Positions 17,601 to 25,616 of a stretch of 39,126 bases of DNA are shown here, in pieces; within the stretch, counting starts at the first letter, position 1; every line of letters starts with the position of its first letter. The translations under genes were made by a program, and so were the position numbers. The stretch lies in the IMG/VR virus record IMGVR_UViG_3300027518_000001. One strand, given 5' to 3'. The notes below the pieces were generated by a model, which was not told where the DNA came from, ran no database searches, and was given only the letters and a program-made list of their open reading frames with translations. The DNA is from a virus.

Positions 17601-19795
17601 GAGTATCGTGGTTGTTTACCCATACGCATAGGTAAATCTGTGCGTGGCGCAAACTTTAATGTTTTCTGAATACTACGACGAATAGGACCACTAGCAGATT
17701 TAGAACCTGTAGCAGCGCGGGACATATTTCCTAGTCTTAATCCTTCTAGCGATGCAAATTTGCGCATATCTTTAGTAGGTGCAGACAATAAATACATAGT
17801 TGCTTCATCAATAGCAGAACGAACACCTAAGCGTGGGAACAAGGTTAAAATAGACCATGCATCAACTAGTCTTTTTGAAAAATTACCCTGTGTTGCTCCA
17901 CCAATTGCAGTAATAATGTTTTTCTTAGACTTAATTTCCCATACAGTTGACCCGATTGTGTCATAAGGTAGTGGACCAATAGCCCATGTAGTCTGATAAG
18001 GCTGCAATGGACCTTCAGTATTAACAAAAAATCCTGATTCAGATTCACGAACAGTATTTGCTGGTGCAAACTTAACATGGTCTGGATTAATTGCTAGGTC
18101 TCGCTTAGTAGCAAAGCCCGCTTTATCACCATACTTGTCTTGTAGTGTTTTAAGAATTAAATCTTCACCCTTAACACTGCCACCTAGTCCCATTGAGTAC
18201 ATAGTTGCAGCATCTAAGTTACGCAAAATAACTACTTGCTCATCAGCAGTTGATTCTAAAAAGCGAACAGTTAACGCTTGAGCCATATCTTTTGGCAAAA
18301 TCTGACGAGCACGGGCTGTAAAGTTAGAAGCAGTATCAATAGCATTAACGCCAACTCGTACTTCTAGTCCTTGTGGCGAACGTGCCGCTAAACGACCAAT
18401 TTTTTTCCAACCTTTAATCTCTTCATTAGCCTTTAATACTACAGACATATCAGAGTTAGGGTTAACTAAACGCTGTAGTGAATCTTCTGCATTAAGAAAT
18501 GCAGCACTAATTGGGTCAAGAGCAGCATCTCTTTCAGCAGCATTACGAGACATGTTATTAAAAACTCTGTCAAGTGAACGTATTAGTGCATCTGAAAATA
18601 AACGAGTTTGACGTGCTACTACTACGCCATTGCGCATGTAAGTTATACCATCAACTCGTCCTGCTAACAATAGATTTAGATTGCCAGCATTTTCAAAGTA
18701 TGCTTGTGCTGATGCAGCATCAAATACTTCTCCGTCAACTAAAGCCTTAATTGCGCTTTGGTCATTATACCCAGGAAAGTTTTTTGCAATTTCATCTAGT
18801 GCAATTGACTTTGCACCTGGAGTTCCGCTTGAGTCTTTTACCTTTTTAAGCGCAGGACCTAGTCCATCTTGCCAGAATGAATAAACTAACGGATTCTTAA
18901 ATGTATCTCCAACAGCCTTTTCTACTGAAACACCATTGTTAATTGCTTCAGTAAGCGAGTTAGCAATACGCTCACCTCTAGTTACACCCTTACTTAGTCC
19001 ACCTGTCATCCAGGTAAGTGGGTCTACAGCAATTTGATAAATAAAATCTATAACACCAGATACGTTTTTTGTTTTACTGCTTACACCACTTGATGGTGGC
19101 TTGCGGTCAAGCATACGGGCAATGTCTCGTCCTGGAGAAATCTGTGCGTACTTTACGCCATCTAATACTTCTTGAAAAGCCTCTGGTTCATCGTATGCTC
19201 TTTTAATTGAGTTAAGAAGATTAGCGTCTACTTTACCAAAGTCTTGAACAATTTCGCCAGGAGTTTTACCTGCAAGTAATCCTTTAGCAACCATAACATC
19301 AAACTCACCAAAGTAACTGGTCGCTTCCGCCAAAGCCTTGTCATCATATTGATTCTTTCCGTCCCATGCATCTGTCCATGTTTTCATTGAAAACAAATCT
19401 TCGCCCTGTGCAACCTGTCGTGCAATCTTATAAGGCTGATTAATTAAGCGGTTATACTGCCCACCTAGTTTAAATAAACCAATTAATGGTGATGCAACTA
19501 TTGTTCCAATAGTTTTAGCAACACCAAATAAACGGTCTGACACATCAGGTGCATCCTGCATATAGTCAGCATCTTTAAACATAAACTTTAGTTGGTCTTG
19601 AAATTGAGGCTCTAAACGGTTATATTCTTTACGAGCCATTTCTGTACCAAGTTTAACTAGTTCACGATGCTTTTTAATCGTGTAACTCATTTGTTCTATT
19701 TGGTTTTTTTCTACGCCAGTTAGGTTTGCGGTTTTTGCAGCAGCATAAATATTAGGTGATACCTCAGCAACAATCGGTTTAATGTACTGGGCCAT
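14684..19795 (-). CDS. Giant virion-associated protein (1703 aa), function unknown
   Basis: Uninterrupted 5.1-kb ORF in the head module. I recognised no polymerase, lysozyme or peptidase motif. Confidence 0.8.
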   Translation of the reverse strand: MAQYIKPIVAEVSPNIYAAAKTANLTGVEKNQIEQMSYTIKKHRELVKLGTEMARKEYNRLEPQFQDQLKFMFKDADYMQDAPDVSDRLFGVAKTIGTIVASPLIGLFKLGGQYNRLINQPYKIARQVAQGEDLFSMKTWTDAWDGKNQYDDKALAEATSYFGEFDVMVAKGLLAGKTPGEIVQDFGKVDANLLNSIKRAYDEPEAFQEVLDGVKYAQISPGRDIARMLDRKPPSSGVSSKTKNVSGVIDFIYQIAVDPLTWMTGGLSKGVTRGERIANSLTEAINNGVSVEKAVGDTFKNPLVYSFWQDGLGPALKKVKDSSGTPGAKSIALDEIAKNFPGYNDQSAIKALVDGEVFDAASAQAYFENAGNLNLLLAGRVDGITYMRNGVVVARQTRLFSDALIRSLDRVFNNMSRNAAERDAALDPISAAFLNAEDSLQRLVNPNSDMSVVLKANEEIKGWKKIGRLAARSPQGLEVRVGVNAIDTASNFTARARQILPKDMAQALTVRFLESTADEQVVILRNLDAATMYSMGLGGSVKGEDLILKTLQDKYGDKAGFATKRDLAINPDHVKFAPANTVRESESGFFVNTEGPLQPYQTTWAIGPLPYDTIGSTVWEIKSKKNIITAIGGATQGNFSKRLVDAWSILTLFPRLGVRSAIDEATMYLLSAPTKDMRKFASLEGLRLGNMSRAATGSKSASGPIRRSIQKTLKFAPRTDLPMRMGKQPRYSHEEALSILDRQTILQNKADELEVDVVLLTSLEKRQAISAAVSQMYGRYVDPETAGYLMQAFVHSPDALNSMAASLVASSGISGRYGEEIVASVITPSMLDMAFDALGIKMGKGTRTIDTAMLTEREVALAHFEKWFKMMAGNKAKLTDEVTLNPAEIFFRYNALKPGEVDPRTGKEMMELALDAGMEKIGFKFEPLTNTWQIQDNLSVGAFLERTAYTVQARGRGLDDEQIARGQLFRMFTDMYETFHGDANKFNQGLLDVVKNSYGQLVKMSAESGRTPTWNAAVARIPLDEFQDASQGFRISGPINTEIAFGDFDVESVFRRYGNTMMDWMDQQVTGLFRQPAVMVTYAQLRRKYAGIEKEFVRQQVANEMGPFAGATQKQIDLVTEKYKAIAEKRFTELAVREAADTILKFADNPKIRSNFSFSIRTVGRYYRATEDFYRRIYRLKDVAPRTLYRLRLVNVGLESSGAIFNDAEGEPYVVMPMDNIIYKATDGAFRALTGNTGYSQPLFNEFTFKLRMVSPSFSQDAGLPTLSGPIAGLGVIAVKNILGVVPGKIPFVGGAIQPYSQQLGESIDTFALGNIGDNVDIFRAVVPSSLQRVWAMLGFDEKSRQEVTAAQQAIAYNAANGIGITANATDEEKSEYLKNIRISAHNVLFMRHFLGLLSPVAPTTMESVGIPDYIKDTGITTLRSEFFDILNGITAVNNGDISDPYEVALATYIGKNPGKLIYTVAREDKQTSVLIKNTDKLKNWGIKNADLIKTYGEVAYIFAPQIGDFNAGTYNWIKAAGLIESKSLEDYYTDIQVAEDKQKYYDIARQQKDILSNLSDPELRANVIKAAEQQRAALKANNPLLNSELIGSGNEIGNESVMLDSLEQLISNPNTDVRPATRQKLMMAIKMVREFIAFSTDPELKNVENIAQLKRERKEQIEANLNELMVGDLYVTEANRAIFKSILGFYSRESYYVYKELK

Positions 19796-20226
19796 TAAAA
19801 GTCTCTATCAAGAATTGTTCTGTAAATTAACTCTGCATCTCCTGATGAATCAAACTGTGCTAAATACTTTAATGTGTCAAGAAGTGTTGGTGTTTGATTA
19901 GGTAAACCGCGCATTGCTTCTGAACCAGGACCAGGACCCATGTCAATACCAGATGTAATTGGTTCATCAGGACGCATAGTTGGTGCACCTAAAGGTGTTG
20001 GCATTTGCACTTGAGGCATCTGTGGCATTGAAGCGCCTTGCATAGGCGCACTTGTCTGTTGCTCCATAGTTGCTTGACCTTCTCCATATGGCAAGCCAGC
20101 AATGTATCTAGCAGGTTGTGTAGCGCGGCCCGATTGGCCAGCACCACCAGTTGCTGAAACATTTGCTGGATTATTTTGAGGGGCTGTTGGACGATACCCA
20201 CCACGATTTTCTGGGGCAGTTGTCAT
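19795..20226 (-). CDS. Pro/Gln/Met-rich low-complexity protein (143 aa)
   Basis: ORF coupled to both neighbours. MPQMPQVQMPTPLGAPTMRPDEP tract. Confidence 0.55.
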   Translation of the reverse strand: MTTAPENRGGYRPTAPQNNPANVSATGGAGQSGRATQPARYIAGLPYGEGQATMEQQTSAPMQGASMPQMPQVQMPTPLGAPTMRPDEPITSGIDMGPGPGSEAMRGLPNQTPTLLDTLKYLAQFDSSGDAELIYRTILDRDF

Positions 20227-20489
20227 TCTTCATCCTCCTCTTGCTCAATAGGTTCGTGCTTAGTACCAAGTACTTCGCTGTTGTACTCTTGTGCCATCTT
20301 CATCATCCCGTATGCGTTCCATGGTGTCATGGCTTCGCTAACTTCTGTATGTAAATATCGGGTCCCTTCGTAGTCTGCCCACTCGGTTATCATTAACCAG
20401 TTAGTGCAGATAAACTCAGTCCCCTTCGTATCTTCTTCAAGAAGAATTTTTAATGCTTCTTCTATTTTATTTCTAAACTGTTTGCTCAT
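20223..20489 (-). CDS. Hypothetical protein (88 aa, acidic C-terminus)
   Basis: ORF coupled by an ATGA overlap to the upstream gene. Confidence 0.55.
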   Translation of the reverse strand: MSKQFRNKIEEALKILLEEDTKGTEFICTNWLMITEWADYEGTRYLHTEVSEAMTPWNAYGMMKMAQEYNSEVLGTKHEPIEQEEDEE

Positions 20490-21058
20490 TTTGTGTTCTG
20501 TATCTTTACTACAACTGGCTCACCAGTATGTATATCCCAGCGAGATGCAATTTTAATTGCCATTCTAATATCTATTTCGGCCACCTTTGGCGTAGTTTGC
20601 TTTCTAGAATTAGCAAAAGCCTCAATGGCACCGAGAGCAATGTCAGCACCACTGCCAGAACAATAGATACCACGAACATCGCGGTCCCAAGAATAATCTT
20701 CAAAGATAGGATAAATAACTCCGCGAACGACGACAAGAAATTGCGAATCATGTGCTGCTGCATCCCCATCTTCTTTCATGTCATAACCAGAATCAATAAA
20801 CAATTTACGCATTGCTGGTATAAAAGTCTGTGTCATAAATACATCTAAGTCATCAGTAGCCCGTGGCTTAGGTGCTTTCCATCCAAACTGCAAAATGTTA
20901 GAACCACGACTAGCACCAGAACCTGCAATTAAGATTCCGTTGTTTTCAATAATCTTATGTGTTGCTAGTTCCATAAAGCGACCATCATCACCAGATGAAC
21001 GAGAGTCACAGCCAACGGCTGCCCAACCATTTCCCTGAATTGCTACAAGCGTTGTCAT
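20486..21058 (-). CDS. HslV/20S-proteasome-beta-like N-terminal-nucleophile hydrolase; candidate prohead/virion maturation protease
   Basis: M-TTLVAIQGNGWAAVGCDSRS (Thr1, Asp17), THKIIE (Lys34, matching Lys33), ILIAGSGASRG, IYCSGSGADIALGAIEAF, and an HslV-like C-terminus (AIKIASRWDIHTGEP). 190 aa. AAGGAGG SD. Sits right after the portal gene. Confidence 0.75.
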   Translation of the reverse strand: MTTLVAIQGNGWAAVGCDSRSSGDDGRFMELATHKIIENNGILIAGSGASRGSNILQFGWKAPKPRATDDLDVFMTQTFIPAMRKLFIDSGYDMKEDGDAAAHDSQFLVVVRGVIYPIFEDYSWDRDVRGIYCSGSGADIALGAIEAFANSRKQTTPKVAEIDIRMAIKIASRWDIHTGEPVVVKIQNTK

Positions 21059-21073
21059 TGTCCCCTCCTTAAG

Positions 21074-22816
21074 TTAGCGTCGCGTAACTGTCCTTGCTGA
21101 TGCTGATGCTTCTCCACCTGATGTTAAACTTGCTAAAAGACTTTGTAGTTGTAGTGGTTGCTGTGGTTCTAAAGAAGCGCCTCCTGCTGGCGCGGCGGGA
21201 ACAGGGGACGGTTGCTCAACCTGTGCACCAGCAGGAGGTAATTCTGGGGCAAAGACTTCTTCAACCGCATCCTCTACTGGTATGCCACGTTGACGAGCCT
21301 TAATAACTCCAGCAATTTTCTTTACCACGCCCGATGGGTCCCCACCTTGTACAGCCATTTGTGGAATTGCTTGTGTATATGCTTGTAAAGAACTAACCAG
21401 TGCTTTACGCATATTTTCAATTTCAATCTTTTCTTGCTCTTGTGTTACGTTAATACCAAATGGTAGTTCACGCATTGCTAGGTCTGTAGAAATTAATCCA
21501 CCACCTAATGCTTGTAACATAAAGATAAGTCCCTGTGCTGGGTTAAGCCCAGCAAGCATGCCGTATCTAACATCGGCAGTAAAGTCACTCTTAATATCTT
21601 TGCCTGGCTTGTAGGTAAGGCTATAAGGAGAGCCTGCATCTACGCCACGGATTGTCTTTTCAAAATCAAAAAACTTCTCATCTACCTCAAAACATACAGA
21701 AATAACATCTCTTAATGCAGAAGCAAAGATAGCCTGAGCAGATTTAACCTGCGTATCAAAGCCACCCATAAGTGCTTGAACACCTTGACCAGTAATAATG
21801 GAAGCATCAATGTTTCCAGTACGTCCCTCTGGGTAACGCGTTCCTGTTCGTAGTTCCTGCTGTAACAAAGCCTGCTCAGTAAATGCGCCAGGTGGAATGT
21901 TAAGGTCTACGCGTCTTACACCTGCTGGGTTTGCTGTGCGAATAATTGCATCGCCACCCAGTTCAAGTTCTGTTACATCTGTTGGTAGAACAATTGGAGC
22001 CTGTACTGACTTCTCTGCTGCTTCCATCGCAAGTAATGCGAACCTGTTACGAAGCAACTGAATACCCAATACATCATCAAACTGTCCACGCATCTCACCA
22101 TCAACTGATGGACGCTTGGCAACAACAACCATCATCTTACCAAGCGGATTAGCCGCCTTAGATAAAACTAAATTGTTTCTATCTGGAACAAACAACAGAG
22201 ATTGTTGTGCATCGTAATAACGAATTATCTCTAGTTGAGCGTTAAGGTCCTGCTTGTACATTTCTGGACCAAGCAGTTCTCTTGCATACTCAGGGAACTC
22301 TGAAGCGAGTTCTCCGACGCTTAAGTAATAACGCTTAGCAAAGGCAATACAGCGTCCGTAGCGGTCAAATTCTGGGTAAGCCCCCACTGGATTTTCTACG
22401 CGGATACGCGGCAGCCCTGCTTCTTCGTCTAATTCAATAATGAAAGGGACGAAACCAAATGTGATGTACATGTCTGCGCCTGTGTACATCTGTACTTGCA
22501 AATCAGAGTTTGCAAAATAATTATTAGCAATGCGAGTACGTGTGTCTGCAAACTTGCGAGCACGGTCGTTTGCTTGATTAGCAGCAGAACAATTAACAGA
22601 TGGCAATGGAGCCATTACCTCTGATAGGTCACGGGCTACAATGTCAATAAAGTTAGCAACTACGTTAGCATCAACACCCTGTGGAAAGAAGTCTGGGTAA
22701 ACACTTGCTATCTGTCCTTTACGGACGGCAAGAACATCTTGCTGGCGTGCATCACGCTCTGCAGCACGGTCTTTAAGAGATGCAACCCGTGCTGAAATCT
22801 GCTCTATCGAAAGCAT
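21074..22816 (-). CDS. Portal protein
   Basis: 580-aa ORF immediately downstream of TerL. Called from size and synteny. Confidence 0.7.
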   Translation of the reverse strand: MLSIEQISARVASLKDRAAERDARQQDVLAVRKGQIASVYPDFFPQGVDANVVANFIDIVARDLSEVMAPLPSVNCSAANQANDRARKFADTRTRIANNYFANSDLQVQMYTGADMYITFGFVPFIIELDEEAGLPRIRVENPVGAYPEFDRYGRCIAFAKRYYLSVGELASEFPEYARELLGPEMYKQDLNAQLEIIRYYDAQQSLLFVPDRNNLVLSKAANPLGKMMVVVAKRPSVDGEMRGQFDDVLGIQLLRNRFALLAMEAAEKSVQAPIVLPTDVTELELGGDAIIRTANPAGVRRVDLNIPPGAFTEQALLQQELRTGTRYPEGRTGNIDASIITGQGVQALMGGFDTQVKSAQAIFASALRDVISVCFEVDEKFFDFEKTIRGVDAGSPYSLTYKPGKDIKSDFTADVRYGMLAGLNPAQGLIFMLQALGGGLISTDLAMRELPFGINVTQEQEKIEIENMRKALVSSLQAYTQAIPQMAVQGGDPSGVVKKIAGVIKARQRGIPVEDAVEEVFAPELPPAGAQVEQPSPVPAAPAGGASLEPQQPLQLQSLLASLTSGGEASASARTVTRR

Positions 22817-22823
22817 TTATTTC

Positions 22824-24710
22824 CTATCCGTATTGATGATTCCACATTTCAGATGCGGCATCATCTAGATTGATTGATGTACGTTTATGTTGTTGCGCTC
22901 TAGTAGCCCAACGATTGTTAGCGTACCTAGCGATATTGCTATTTTGCTGCATGAACTCACGGGCACGGATAACCGCAAACCACAAAGCCATAACAGTATC
23001 TGTCTTACCTCTGGTGTCAGGCTTCCAAGTAATTAACTGTTGGACCAATGCCTTCATACCTTCTGAGTTTTCAGTACTAGGTAATTCTATAATGTTGTTC
23101 TTTTGGAACTTACCTTCGCGACTTGTGCCAAAGAGTGTTGACATAGATGCCACACCGAAGTTTGTGTCCCATTTGTTCTTGCCTGTAAAGTGAGAATTAA
23201 GCCGTACGCCGTGTGAAGAGAGCCATGTTCGTAGTTCTTCATCAAGGGAGTAGGCTTTTTGGTGAGCGTTGATTTCAACGCGGAACTCTTGCGGTCTGTA
23301 CCGAAGCGTAAAATCTTCAATGGCTTGCCTAATCTTTTGTGGCGTAGGGTCTGGCATGTTCAAACACTCTAGAACATAAATCTTTCCATCAGTCCTGTTA
23401 TAGGTGATAGCCACAAATGCAGCGTTACCCGCCATAGCGGGGTCAAAGCCCACGATGGTGTAGCCCTCAACTTGGTTCGGGTGTCCCGTTGCACCTGGCT
23501 TTAATGGACCACGCTTGCGCATACCATTGATAGAACCTTGCACCAGTTCAGGTGGAAAGATAGAGTCTTCGGTTACATCTTCTTGTTGATAAACAAGCGC
23601 CCATGTTGCTGGGGTTACTTCGCTTCTACGCTTGAAAAGCGTTTCGCCATCCCACTTAGGGTATAACCCTTCTTCGTTAGGTGGGGTGTCTTCATCCCCG
23701 TCCCAGGGTGTATCACTTGCAGGCCAGAGAGTTGTCCAGTCTTCTGGCTTATCGCTATAGTCAAGAACTGCTGGCATACCCATGTATGTGAAAGGTGACT
23801 TGCCACCAGACCAATGCTTAGGGTCGCGGAGTTCTTTATAAAAATCAGATGGCGCAATACGGGTACCTACCACCAGTAACTTACCGTTCTTGCCCAAACG
23901 GGTAATAACTTCCTTTTGCAGCCAGTTAATTTGCTTTTCATGCTCGTGAGCGTTAGAGGTAGTTATACAGTCATCTAGGATAATCAGGTCGGCACGGGCA
24001 CCGTAAATCTGACCACCCATACCCAGTGCCTGAATCGTTGGGTCTTTTTCACTTGAGTTTCTCGCATCACTCCCAAGATAGACCGTGTCAACTCGCCAAG
24101 TATCTGAGTCTTCTTTCCAGCCCCCTTCTGGTCCAAAAGTTGTTTGTAACTTTAGCCAGCGCGGGTGGGATAATCTCTGCTTGATTGCGTACACGAACTC
24201 GCGTGCTTTAACAAGGGTCTTCGAGACCACAATAATGCGGACGTTCGGATTGAGAGCGATGCGATAAGTTGCGTAGTTAACCGTAATGACGGTTGATTTG
24301 GCGTGCTCAGGGGGAACGTTTAAAAGAAGGCGGTTCCGATTGCCTGGCTCGTAAATCATATTGGGGTGCAGCCACGAAGGCTCGCGGCCCTCTAATAGGT
24401 CAATCCAATCCATATGGTGTGGAAAAACCCGCTGGTCCAAAAACATTTCAGAAAACTGAGGAAAAGTAATATCTTCACGGGCTACGCCCATGGCTTTTAA
24501 TGAACGCTCTTTAGCGTTTTCCTTTGCCTCCACAAGGGCGGTAGCAAAGGCTGGGTCTCTTAAACACCAGATACGAACAGTGTCTGGCTTTTTGCCATTT
24601 TGTTCCATAGCCTTATGCACAGACATACCTTCAGAAACCAGCGCCAAAACTTTGGCTTTAGCCTCTGCCGCCATAGCGGTACGAGGATTATTAGTCTTCT
24701 GAAAAGTCAC
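22824..24710 (-). CDS. terL: Terminase large subunit with an N-terminal TerS-like HTH extension
   Basis: NVPPEHAKST (Walker A-like), DLIILDD (Walker B), and a C-terminal nuclease-type region (IVGFDPA). The N-terminal roughly 70 aa, KVLALVSEGMSVHKAMEQNGKKPDTVRIWCLRDPAFATALVEAK, look like a small-terminase HTH. GTG start at 24710. Confidence 0.85.
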   Translation of the reverse strand: MTFQKTNNPRTAMAAEAKAKVLALVSEGMSVHKAMEQNGKKPDTVRIWCLRDPAFATALVEAKENAKERSLKAMGVAREDITFPQFSEMFLDQRVFPHHMDWIDLLEGREPSWLHPNMIYEPGNRNRLLLNVPPEHAKSTVITVNYATYRIALNPNVRIIVVSKTLVKAREFVYAIKQRLSHPRWLKLQTTFGPEGGWKEDSDTWRVDTVYLGSDARNSSEKDPTIQALGMGGQIYGARADLIILDDCITTSNAHEHEKQINWLQKEVITRLGKNGKLLVVGTRIAPSDFYKELRDPKHWSGGKSPFTYMGMPAVLDYSDKPEDWTTLWPASDTPWDGDEDTPPNEEGLYPKWDGETLFKRRSEVTPATWALVYQQEDVTEDSIFPPELVQGSINGMRKRGPLKPGATGHPNQVEGYTIVGFDPAMAGNAAFVAITYNRTDGKIYVLECLNMPDPTPQKIRQAIEDFTLRYRPQEFRVEINAHQKAYSLDEELRTWLSSHGVRLNSHFTGKNKWDTNFGVASMSTLFGTSREGKFQKNNIIELPSTENSEGMKALVQQLITWKPDTRGKTDTVMALWFAVIRAREFMQQNSNIARYANNRWATRAQQHKRTSINLDDAASEMWNHQYG

Positions 24711-25130
24711 GTAACTGTCCCATCTGCATATAGTACAGACTAGTTAGTAACGGATAGTAGATACAGTCTGTAACGCAAGTTCCTAAAGAACTTGCTTAGG
24801 TAGTAAAAGAAATAGTCTCTATATAGTATTAATCCGTTCAAACAGCCATTCCGAACGGTTCAAAGGCAAAAATCTTTTTACTTAATTAAAACAGTTAAAT
24901 AACAGCCTAAACAGGGCATAGGGGACTGTACGGGAAAATCTTTATTGGAGATACAGTATATCTTACAGCCGTAGTTTAATCACTCTAGGGTCAGAACTAG
25001 AGTACAGACAGACAGATACAGGTTGACCTGTACTGTACAGACTGAGTGTAGACAGAGACTAGTCTGAGGCTCGATAGACAAGACTACCTCGCCCCTGTTT
25101 TATTAAACTGAAATAGTTACAGCCCTGGCG
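24711..25130. promoter_or_regulatory. Divergent control region, candidate origin. TACAG/CTGTA repeat cluster, ACAGCC repeats, palindromes and an AT-rich core.
   Basis: No ORF of 60 aa or more on either strand. 12 TACAG/CTGTA in 24734-25122. GTACAGAC three times (24733, 25002, 25035). (A/T)ACAGCC four times on the plus strand. TACAGGT-TG-ACCTGTA at 25017-25032. GCAAGTTC-n5-GAACTTGC at 24775-24795. About 14% GC at 24867-24902. Confidence 0.5.
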
Positions 25131-25616
25131 ATGGCTATGTCTTTAACCCTCGCAAATGCAGGACGTAGACCAATGGTCGTAATCTGTCCTATGATTTGGA
25201 GACAAAGACAACGCGCCTGCGTTGTTGCCTTTGTCTATCAAATCAAAGGCAGACCAGACGGCGATACAATTCCTGAGAATTGATATCCCCGTCTTTTACT
25301 CATGACCCCTTGGATTTTATCTCCATCAGCAAAATAGCAAGCCTGCCTCACCATGATTCCCGTCACGCCCTTCTGGCATGACAGTAATCACAGTTCAGCC
25401 TGTGCTTGCCATTTCAGTCGCGTTGTTCTACGACTGCCTGGCTGGCGTGCTGATGACGGCTCTCGATTTTGAGCATCAGAGGCTTGTCAAGCCAAACCTC
25501 TGATAAACGCGCTCAAAATAGGCTGGCAGGCTAAAGCCTGCGTAGCCATTGCTCGAGCCTGAGATGGATGGGCGTTGCCCTTAAAATTTGGGGGTGGCTA
25601 ACGAAAGGAAAGTAAA
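25131..25616 (+). other. ORF-poor, GC-richer, hairpin-dense segment. Candidate structured RNA(s) and/or leader of the early operon.
   Basis: Stems at 25200-25236 (15 bp plus a bulge), 25256-25294, 25415-25436, 25467-25518 (16 bp with a 6-nt bulge), 25521-25547 and 25570-25580. About 50-55% GC in the lines I counted. Confidence 0.35.
25256..25297 (+). terminator. Rho-independent-terminator-like hairpin inside the ORF-free region
   Basis: AGACGG-c-GATA-CAATTC [ctga] GAATTG-a-TATC-c-CCGTCT, followed by TTTT. Confidence 0.4.

Noticed and set aside
14757-18884. Multiple plus-strand ORFs of 60-130 aa inside the 1703-aa gene (for example 14757-15146, 15840-16130, 17082-17348 and 18681-18884)
   Set aside because: They are antisense to a long uninterrupted ORF, have no ribosome-binding sites and encode Ser/Leu/Cys-rich products, which fits chance frames.
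25131-25283. A 50-aa ORF (MAMSLTLANAGRRPMVVICPMIWRQRQRACVVAFVYQIKGRPDGDTIPEN) inside the ORF-free region
   Set aside because: It has no SD. It contains the 15-bp-stem hairpin at 25200-25236 and runs into the terminator-like hairpin. It is more likely RNA or DNA structure than coding sequence.
24711-25616. A tRNA or tmRNA gene in the large intergenic region
   Set aside because: I could find no GTTCRANYC T-loop box, no cloverleaf spacing and no tag-peptide-like reading frame by eye. This should still be run through tRNAscan-SE or ARAGORN.
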